Source: Candidatus Poribacteria bacterium
Lineage (GTDB): Bacteria; Poribacteria; WGA-4E; WGA-3G
Length of the DNA: 64,000 bases
NCBI GenBank assembly: GCA_965205015.1
Contig: OZ242029.1
Coordinates: 800,001 to 864,000, forward strand
Direction: 5' to 3'
Shown piece after piece: positions 30,267 through 37,329 of the stretch. Below the pieces are notes generated by a model. That model saw nothing but the letters and a program-made list of their open reading frames with translations. It searched no databases and was not told the DNA's origin. Both the position numbers and the translations under genes were made by a program. The stretch's first letter is position 1, and each line of letters starts with the position of its first letter.

Positions 30267-32042
30267 TTAGGACTTCAAGAGCATCGGCATGATGAGGTGG
30301 ATATGTCCTTCCTCACCAACCGGCTTAACAATCACAGGATCCAACGCGCTCGAGAACTCCAATGCCAAAGACGCCGTTCCAATGTGCGTGAGCGCCTCTA
30401 TCAGCATCCGAGCATCGAGACCGACACGGATACTTCCAGTGCTGGACACCACTGCTAAGGTTTCCTGCTGCTCATCTATCTCAGAATCCCTCGGCGAAAT
30501 CCGAATCCGTTGTTCATCTATCTCTAAACAGACCGTCGGCGAAATCCGAATCTGTTGTTCATCTATCTCTAAACAGAGAGCAGGGCATTTCGGATCCGAA
30601 AATGCTGAAACCTGACGTGTTGCACGCAAAATCGGCGCTTTCTGCACAACTGTACGCATCTGAGGAGACTTTGGAAAGAGTTTCTCATACTTCGGATATT
30701 CACCGTCTACCAACTGCGCCGTCAACGTGGTTCGCTCATCCGCGAAAAGAATCTGGTTCGCAACGCGTGAAACCCGTACCTCCAAGGAATCAGCAAACGT
30801 TCGTTCAATATCTTTGACGGCTTTGAGCGGGACGATAAACCCATCGTTATCCTCAGACAACCTTAAGGGTTCACACCGTGCGATGGCAATCTGCTTGCCG
30901 TCGCATCCAACGACTTCGGTCCTGTCCTCAAGCAGGTTAAAATAGAGCCCGTTTAGAAAAGTCCGCCGGACTTTCTCCGTGGACGCAGCACATTCGGTTT
31001 TGTGGAGGATCGACCGCAGGATCTCTCCATCAATCGCAAATGCTCCCGGGTCAACAGAAGGGAGTTGTGGAAATTCCTCATCCGCAAGCCCGACGATTTT
31101 GTAAACGTCATCTCCAGAAGTGATTCTAACCCGACCGTCCGCTGTCTTTGTCACGTCTATCGGTTTCTCCGCGGGCCACGCTTTAACGATATCCCCTAAT
31201 TTTTGGGCGGGGACAGTGATCGCTCCCGCTTCTTTGACTGTCCCTTCAACCTTCATTCTGATGCCAATTTCCGTGTCCATCGCCATGCATTCAATCGTGC
31301 TTCCTTCCGCACGGATGAGAACGTTTGAGGGAATAGGTGAGGTATCCTGCCCACTCGTGACACGCTGCAGCATTTGTAAAGAAGTTAAAAGCGCATCCCT
31401 TTCAAAAGTTAATTTCATTCCAAAACCCCTATTCAAATATATTTGGGCGCGACGTTCGGGTTCAATTGTGAGGTCTAAGGCTTCCTGAATCATGAATTCA
31501 TACTGCTTTAACTGTTGTCGCGCACGTCGAAGCCGACTTTTAATCGTGTTTTCTGACACACCTAAAAAGTTACTTATTTCTGTGTAGGTCATCCCCTCAA
31601 GGTAGTGAAGCGTGATAGTTGTCCGATTGCTCTCCTTCAACCTCGCGAGCAGCTTTTCGACCACGTCGCGCCGCGCTTCAGCGAAGGTCCTCGCGTGTTC
31701 TGTCGCGATATACTGGGAATACGCCTCTGTCTCTACTTCAGAGATGTCAGTGTTTTCCAGCGGCTCAGTGTGCCGCTGGTTTTTTCGGAGCCAAGCGATA
31801 CAGAGACGATCCGCAATCACATAAACCCACCGTAGAAACCGCGTCGGATCTTCCAAGGTCTCTAATTTGTGATAGACTCGCAGGAAGGTTTCCTGCGTAA
31901 TATCTTCGGCGATATGGAAATCCCCAATTTTCCGCCATGCGAGCGCGTGAACCTGTTTCTGGTACTTTCTAACCAACCTTGAAAAGGCAGTTTCATCACC
32001 GGTGAGGACTCGTTGGATCAATGCAGCATCGTCGTTTCTCAT
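30267..32042 (-). CDS. ECF sigma-70 factor fused to DNA polymerase III beta clamp (DnaN)
   Basis: aa 1-190 sigma; aa 209-591 MKLTFERDALL, PAQKLGDIVK, ADEEFP, FLNGLYF, LVDGEYPKY, LIMPM. Confidence 0.9.
   Translation of the reverse strand: MRNDDAALIQRVLTGDETAFSRLVRKYQKQVHALAWRKIGDFHIAEDITQETFLRVYHKLETLEDPTRFLRWVYVIADRLCIAWLRKNQRHTEPLENTDISEVETEAYSQYIATEHARTFAEARRDVVEKLLARLKESNRTTITLHYLEGMTYTEISNFLGVSENTIKSRLRRARQQLKQYEFMIQEALDLTIEPERRAQIYLNRGFGMKLTFERDALLTSLQMLQRVTSGQDTSPIPSNVLIRAEGSTIECMAMDTEIGIRMKVEGTVKEAGAITVPAQKLGDIVKAWPAEKPIDVTKTADGRVRITSGDDVYKIVGLADEEFPQLPSVDPGAFAIDGEILRSILHKTECAASTEKVRRTFLNGLYFNLLEDRTEVVGCDGKQIAIARCEPLRLSEDNDGFIVPLKAVKDIERTFADSLEVRVSRVANQILFADERTTLTAQLVDGEYPKYEKLFPKSPQMRTVVQKAPILRATRQVSAFSDPKCPALCLEIDEQQIRISPTVCLEIDEQRIRISPRDSEIDEQQETLAVVSSTGSIRVGLDARMLIEALTHIGTASLALEFSSALDPVIVKPVGEEGHIHLIMPMLLKS
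30491..30580. repeat. 45-bp in-frame tandem duplication within the DnaN domain
   Basis: tcggcgaaatccgaatc(c/t)gttgttcatctatctctaaacaga x2; CLEIDEQxIRISP repeated. Confidence 0.9.
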
Positions 32043-32146
32043 TAGACATCTCCAAAAAGCTATTTTTATTCACGGAACTTATATAACTTATATAATATTA
32101 TACCAGAGGCGTTTTTCTCTTGAAACATCTATTTCTTATGAGGTCC

Positions 32147-33919
32147 TTACTGTTTTGGAGCGTCGGATGCCGCAAATTGTAAGTGGTACAACCGAGCATA
32201 GAGCCCGCCCTGCGCCAGCAACGCCTGATGCGTGCCTATTTCCACAATTTCGCCGTTCTCCATGGCAAGAATTACATCGGCATTTAGCACGGTAGACAAT
32301 CGGTGTGCGATCACAAACGAAGTCCTTCCCTCCATCAACCGCTCTAAGGCTTCCGTAACGACCCGTTCCGTCTCCGAGTCCAACGCGGAAGTGGCTTCAT
32401 CGAGCAGGAGAAGTTTCGGATTCCGAATCAGCACACGAGCGATAGCAATCCGTTGTCGTTCGCCACCGGAGAGCCGGATACCCCGTTCGCCTATCTCCGT
32501 GGCGTAGCCATCTGTGAGTTGCGTGATAAATCCGTGGGCGTTTGCGGCTGTAGCGGCGGCAATAATATCCTCTTTTCTCACGTCCTCTGGGTGTCGTGCA
32601 CCGATTCGGATGTTTTCCTCAATTGAACCCGAGAAGAGATAAGGGTCTTGAAACACTGTGCCGATCTGGGAGCGTAGGGCACTCAGATTGAGTGTCGCAA
32701 TATCGTGTTCATCAACACAAATCCGTCCGTGGGTAGGGGTGTAGAGACGTGGAATAAGGTTGAGAATCGTGCTTTTCCCTGCGCCGCTGGGTCCCACAAG
32801 TGCAGCGATTTGACCCGGCAACACCTCAAAACTGACGTTCTGCAGGACTTTCGAGGTTTCGTTATAACCGAAGTGGACAGCATCAAACCGGACCTGTCCC
32901 CGCAAATCAACATCCTCAATACCATCAGTCGGTTCGGTTCGGTTTTCATCCAAAAAGGTAAAAACCCGTTTTGCCCCCTCACCTGTCCTCAGAAGCGTTT
33001 GATATCCATTTTGGGCTTGGTATAGGGGAACGGTGAGTAGATTCAAATAACGATTTGCCATCCATAAAAACCCGAGACTGATGTGTCCATCAAGCACCAT
33101 TTTTCCACCGATAAAAAAGAAAAGCGGATTGCCCACCCAAGAAGCAAGGGCACCCAATGCTGTCAACCCTCCGATTAACTTTTGATGGACTTCTGCACGA
33201 ATGAGGGTCTCTATTGAACGTCGGATGAATCCCATATCTCTCATCTCATGTCCAAGGGATTTAATCTCCCGGGACCCCCCAATGCCTTCTTGGAGCCGTG
33301 ACGAAATACTTTCCCTTTCCTGTAAGACCTGCTTTGAAGCGTTTTGGACAGGCCTTCGGAAGAGAACCGGGAGACCGACCACAGCGAGGGTAAACGGAAT
33401 ACTAAACAGACCCAACCATGGACTCACCCAGAACACAACGGTCAGGGTAACAGCAAATTCAATTCCTGCAAGGATAATCCACCCGCTCGTCAAAATCCCC
33501 TCAGCGGCAGAGGCTGTATCGGAATCGATGTAAGCCATGATCTGCCCGGTTGTGTGGTCATCGTAAAAACGGCACGGTAAGAATCGCAGATGTTGGTAGA
33601 CCTGCAGTTGCATATCACGGCGGGTTTGACCTGTGACCTTTGCCAAAAAATACGCGAATCCAACCGATGTGAGATAAGTGACGGTCGCAATAGCCATCCA
33701 TGACCCAACAAGAATTGGCAGAAAATCGGCATCTTTCTCACCAATGACACGGTCAAAAAACTGTCCTTCCATCCATGGGAAGACCAGAAAGGTCGCGCGC
33801 ATGCCGCCTTGGAAGAGCAGACACAAAAGGGCTAACCCCCAATACGGTTTGAGGTAACCTAACAAACGGACAGCAATTCTGCCACTTCCCAAATTTCCCT
33901 TCTTTTTCGACGCATCCAA
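32147..33919 (-). CDS. ABC exporter, fused TMD+NBD (MsbA/MdlB-like)
   Basis: GPSGAGKS, LSGGERQ, LLDEATSALD, AHRLST. Confidence 0.93.
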   Translation of the reverse strand: MDASKKKGNLGSGRIAVRLLGYLKPYWGLALLCLLFQGGMRATFLVFPWMEGQFFDRVIGEKDADFLPILVGSWMAIATVTYLTSVGFAYFLAKVTGQTRRDMQLQVYQHLRFLPCRFYDDHTTGQIMAYIDSDTASAAEGILTSGWIILAGIEFAVTLTVVFWVSPWLGLFSIPFTLAVVGLPVLFRRPVQNASKQVLQERESISSRLQEGIGGSREIKSLGHEMRDMGFIRRSIETLIRAEVHQKLIGGLTALGALASWVGNPLFFFIGGKMVLDGHISLGFLWMANRYLNLLTVPLYQAQNGYQTLLRTGEGAKRVFTFLDENRTEPTDGIEDVDLRGQVRFDAVHFGYNETSKVLQNVSFEVLPGQIAALVGPSGAGKSTILNLIPRLYTPTHGRICVDEHDIATLNLSALRSQIGTVFQDPYLFSGSIEENIRIGARHPEDVRKEDIIAAATAANAHGFITQLTDGYATEIGERGIRLSGGERQRIAIARVLIRNPKLLLLDEATSALDSETERVVTEALERLMEGRTSFVIAHRLSTVLNADVILAMENGEIVEIGTHQALLAQGGLYARLYHLQFAASDAPKQ

Positions 33920-34029
33920 CCCCTTGTCTCCTCTAAACGTTAACGATCACTGTTATATATAGTACTCTCCCCTTCGGAAGGTTACAAATTGTGAAGAGAT
34001 ACCCTATCAATTTACTCCATCACTATAGT

Positions 34030-34057
34030 GACGCGAACTGAGAAAAAAAAGGGTGCA
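34030..34057 (-). promoter_or_regulatory. Putative ECF promoter, motif A variant
   Basis: TGCAC-N19-CGTC upstream of the ABC / sigma-DnaN unit. Confidence 0.45.
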
Positions 34058-34114
34058 TAATTCTGCAAAAAAGCGAGAAAGTCACTAAAAAAGCAAAAAT
34101 TACGTTTTTGGAGT

Positions 34115-34281
34115 TTATAGTAAAGTTTACACTTGACGAGACATTACGAACGGGGGAGGTTAGGAAACCGAACGAGTTGGCACGGACACATTCGACGGGT
34201 CGGTGCCAACTTCGCTGCCAGCGGGAAGGAGCGTTTTGCTTTCTATTGAAATGTCCATTTATTTTTCGGGATTTACCATAA
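34115..34281. repeat. MITE-like element with internal hairpin
   Basis: Ends ttatagtaaa / tttaccataa (1 mismatch as inverted repeat); hairpin agttggcac...gtgccaact. Confidence 0.45.
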
Positions 34282-34302
34282 ATATTTTTGTCGTTCTAAA
34301 TT

Positions 34303-35607
34303 CTAAGCTTTGCGAAGTGCCTCAATAGGGGTCAGCGACGAGGCCTTTAGCGCAGGATACAAACCAAACGAGATGCCGATTATCGCTGAGACGGATACCG
34401 AAATCAGGATCCACTCCAAGGAGATAACGGCGGGCCATTCGGGAACGATTTTGACGATTTTGACGGCGAGCAGCGCCATCCCTTCACCGGCGAGAATGCC
34501 TAACCCAACGCCGATTATGCCGCCGACACCACACATGATCACTGCCTCTATGAGGAACTGAAGCAGGATATCCAAGCGTTTGGCACCCAGTGCCTTCCGC
34601 AGTCCAATTTCACGAGTGCGTTCGGTGACAGCGACTAACATCATGTTCATTATCCCGATCCCGCCGACGAACAACGAGAAACCGGCGATGCTCCCTAACG
34701 TGATTTTTATGATGCTGCTGATTTTATCTAACTGTGCCATACCTTTATGCATCTCAAAGATGTAGATGAAGTCGTCTTTATTTCTATGCCGTTTTCGGAG
34801 AATAGATTTTACCTCTTCAACCGCCTTCGGAACCTCCTTGACGCTATGTGCATGAACGGTGATATTCTGAATCTCATCGGTGCCAATAAAGCGTTTTTGG
34901 CTGGTGGATATAGGAATAAAGGCAAGGCTGTCAAAACTGACACCGAACCGGAGATTTGTCCCTCTCGGCACGAATGTTCCAACAACCCTGAAGCGCTCGG
35001 TGTATCGCCTTCCGTCTTTTTTTACGCCAAACCGGTTGTGATAGTCGCTGTCTCGTGCGATTTTAATTTCTTGTCCCAATGGGGATTTATCACCGAATAA
35101 GGCGGTTGCGACCTCGTCTCCAAGCACACAAACTCTTGATGCGTTTCTAACGTCTTCATCTGTAATAAAACGTCCCTCTTTAACGTCCCAGTCCATCGCG
35201 GTGTCATAGGTGGCATCCACGCCGTTCCAGCCCGCACGGGTCTCCGTGCCGCCTGAAGCTTGGATGAGCACACCGCCCCAGTTCCAGATTTGCGGTGTGG
35301 CTGCCCGAACGGATGGACATTCTGCCTCAATTGCTAACACATCCCCATATTTCAGGTATTCATTGTGTCGAATACGGACCAGCCGGTTGTTTACGCGCTT
35401 GTGCCGAGACCGAAGCACAAAGAACTGATTTGCCCCACCTAACTTTTGTACATCTTGCCGGACAATCTCCTTGGCACCATCACCAATCGCTATCATCGCT
35501 AATACCGAAGCGATACCGATGATAATGCCGAGCATCGTCAGCAATGAACGCATTTTGTTGCGACGGATCGCAGAGATTGCGACAGATACTCCCTCGAATA
35601 TACGCAT
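34303..35607 (-). CDS. MacB/FtsX-family ABC permease
   Basis: RSLLTMLGIIIGI, GGIGIMNMMLVAVTERTREIGLRKALGA; ATG 35607 with SD GGAGG. Confidence 0.93.
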   Translation of the reverse strand: MRIFEGVSVAISAIRRNKMRSLLTMLGIIIGIASVLAMIAIGDGAKEIVRQDVQKLGGANQFFVLRSRHKRVNNRLVRIRHNEYLKYGDVLAIEAECPSVRAATPQIWNWGGVLIQASGGTETRAGWNGVDATYDTAMDWDVKEGRFITDEDVRNASRVCVLGDEVATALFGDKSPLGQEIKIARDSDYHNRFGVKKDGRRYTERFRVVGTFVPRGTNLRFGVSFDSLAFIPISTSQKRFIGTDEIQNITVHAHSVKEVPKAVEEVKSILRKRHRNKDDFIYIFEMHKGMAQLDKISSIIKITLGSIAGFSLFVGGIGIMNMMLVAVTERTREIGLRKALGAKRLDILLQFLIEAVIMCGVGGIIGVGLGILAGEGMALLAVKIVKIVPEWPAVISLEWILISVSVSAIIGISFGLYPALKASSLTPIEALRKA

Positions 35608-35749
35608 TTCATCCTCCAAATTACAGTGAAATCTGTGTTTACCGATTCCCGATTAGATTTTTTAGGTCTTGTATATTAAGAAAAAAGTGTTCTTTCTTCT
35701 CGAGTATTATAGATACAATTTAGGTGCGAAAAGATTGTCTTAATTTTAT

Positions 35750-35859
35750 AGGACTTACGCACTTCACAGGTAGATGAGGTTTGTAACCGTACCGATCTCA
35801 GAGAGGGAACGTCTATATTGTCCAAAGACAGGTGTCTCGGCTTAATTTGCGCAAGTTCT
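35750..35859. repeat. MITE-like element
   Basis: Inverted ends aggacttacgca / tgcgcaagttct; left end recurs at ~39585. Confidence 0.45.
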
Positions 35860-36079
35860 GTTGTTAATGACGCGGTTTAGGGACCAAAAGGGTGCATTAC
35901 TTTTATGAGATTTTACGCCGAACGCATGTTTTTAGTTTAGGGAGGGTCGCGCTTTCGCGGAGAGGGTCTTTGCGAATGACATCCTCTATGAAACGAGAAG
36001 CCTACTATCGCTTGTGTGAGGTTGCATGGATTCTCCAGCAACACCCCACACAAGGAAGGAAGTTAGATAGATCATTCGC

Positions 36080-37033
36080 TCAATCAGTTTCTTCGGATGT
36101 AGGTTTCTCTACAGCGTCCGCATTCAAGTATTTCAGTGGACTCTCAACAATATAATCCCCCGAATCCTCAAGGAACTGCTGCACCAGAAAGATATGTCCG
36201 GCACCCATCATCAACAGAATGCGATCATCGGCAGATTCGGTGATCCGCGTTATATTCACGAAAATCTTGAGATTTCTATCATACCAAATATGGACAAGCC
36301 AATTCACCGCCGGATATTCGTCCCCCAATCCAACACGCGCATCATGTAAATATGCTCGCTGGCTTGCCCGGCTCCATGTCGGCTGATTCAGACGTATAAG
36401 CATGTCAGTTATTGGCTCATATTTCTCCGGTTCAATCCAGACTGTACCATCCTCATCCACTATAACTTTTCCTGGATCTACGGGATGGGATCCGAGGAGG
36501 TGCTCCTGATTATGTTTTTTGGCAAAGTCAATTGTGTTTATCAAATTACTATCAATACCACCTCTAAAGATTGGATTGTCTTTACTGCTTCGGAAATAAT
36601 CCACACAGTATATCTTTGAATGTCCCAGTTGTTTTGCTAACCGAAAGCCAATCTGGTGCCCTTCGTTACGTCTCAGTTGAAATATTCCCTCCAGATAACC
36701 TTGGTAATCTGAATTAATTTCAGCATCCCGTGAGAAATCCACTTCCATTGCTATCTTGGTAGGACTAAACGCCTTGAGTTGTTCGATTAACTGCTGAATC
36801 TCGCGTTGGCGTTTGGGGGCAAGGACATCATCCATTTTGAGATTGATGCCATCCATTCCGGGATTCGATAAGTGTGCAGTACCGAGAATCATGATTGTGG
36901 GTTTTTGGGTCATTTGCGTAGTACCTCCTGTAGACAAGTCTGTCTGATCATTGCTTATGGCTGTACCGACTGTAAGCAATAAAGCGACGAATGACATCAT
37001 CAAATAGAATTGGCATTTTACTAAGACTTTCAT
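36080..37033 (-). CDS. DUF5694-like (TIKI/TraB/EreA-ChaN superfamily) hydrolase with signal peptide
   Basis: ILGTAH, IAME, WYDRN, GAGH; ORF extends in frame to 37171 through a sigma remnant. Confidence 0.8.
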   Translation of the reverse strand: MKVLVKCQFYLMMSFVALLLTVGTAISNDQTDLSTGGTTQMTQKPTIMILGTAHLSNPGMDGINLKMDDVLAPKRQREIQQLIEQLKAFSPTKIAMEVDFSRDAEINSDYQGYLEGIFQLRRNEGHQIGFRLAKQLGHSKIYCVDYFRSSKDNPIFRGGIDSNLINTIDFAKKHNQEHLLGSHPVDPGKVIVDEDGTVWIEPEKYEPITDMLIRLNQPTWSRASQRAYLHDARVGLGDEYPAVNWLVHIWYDRNLKIFVNITRITESADDRILLMMGAGHIFLVQQFLEDSGDYIVESPLKYLNADAVEKPTSEETD

Positions 37034-37071
37034 AAAACTTTTTCCTATTTTCCGCTGTGCGGTTGATTCGA

Positions 37072-37171
37072 TTATATCCTCCACATCTTCCCGATTTCCG
37101 AGTAGATAGAGGATGTGCTGATAAACCTGAACTTTGTGTTGATAGATAAGCTCAAATTTATCTTCTGTCAT
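37072..37171 (-). pseudogene. N-terminal remnant of duplicated ECF sigma gene
   Basis: MTEDKFELIYQHKVQVYQHILYLLGNREDVEDI matches the start of 48656-49201; DNA 37072-37236 homologous to 49099-49266. Confidence 0.85.
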
Positions 37172-37202
37172 ATTGCATTTCAGCGCATTTCGAGGTTACT
37201 GT

Positions 37203-37231
37203 TACTACAAACGAGTTCCAAAATAGTTGCA
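37203..37231 (-). promoter_or_regulatory. Putative ECF promoter, motif B
   Basis: TGCAAC-N16-TGTAGTA. Confidence 0.7.
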
Positions 37232-37329
37232 CTTTTCCCAACTCAATATATAACGTGAATTCAACTGAGGACCGTAGTGAGGCGTTGGGTTCCGTTAGAT
37301 GTGTTTATCCGAAGCGACATTTGAAAAAA

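Noticed and set aside
25676-32042. Calling these genes housekeeping ftsZ and dnaN
   Set aside because: Both are sigma-fused and divergent, FtsZ is truncated, and neither is in dcw or dnaA context
34002-34031. tet-operator-like sequence and 12-bp palindrome TCACTATAGTGA
   Set aside because: Single copy, weak match, no cognate regulator in the window
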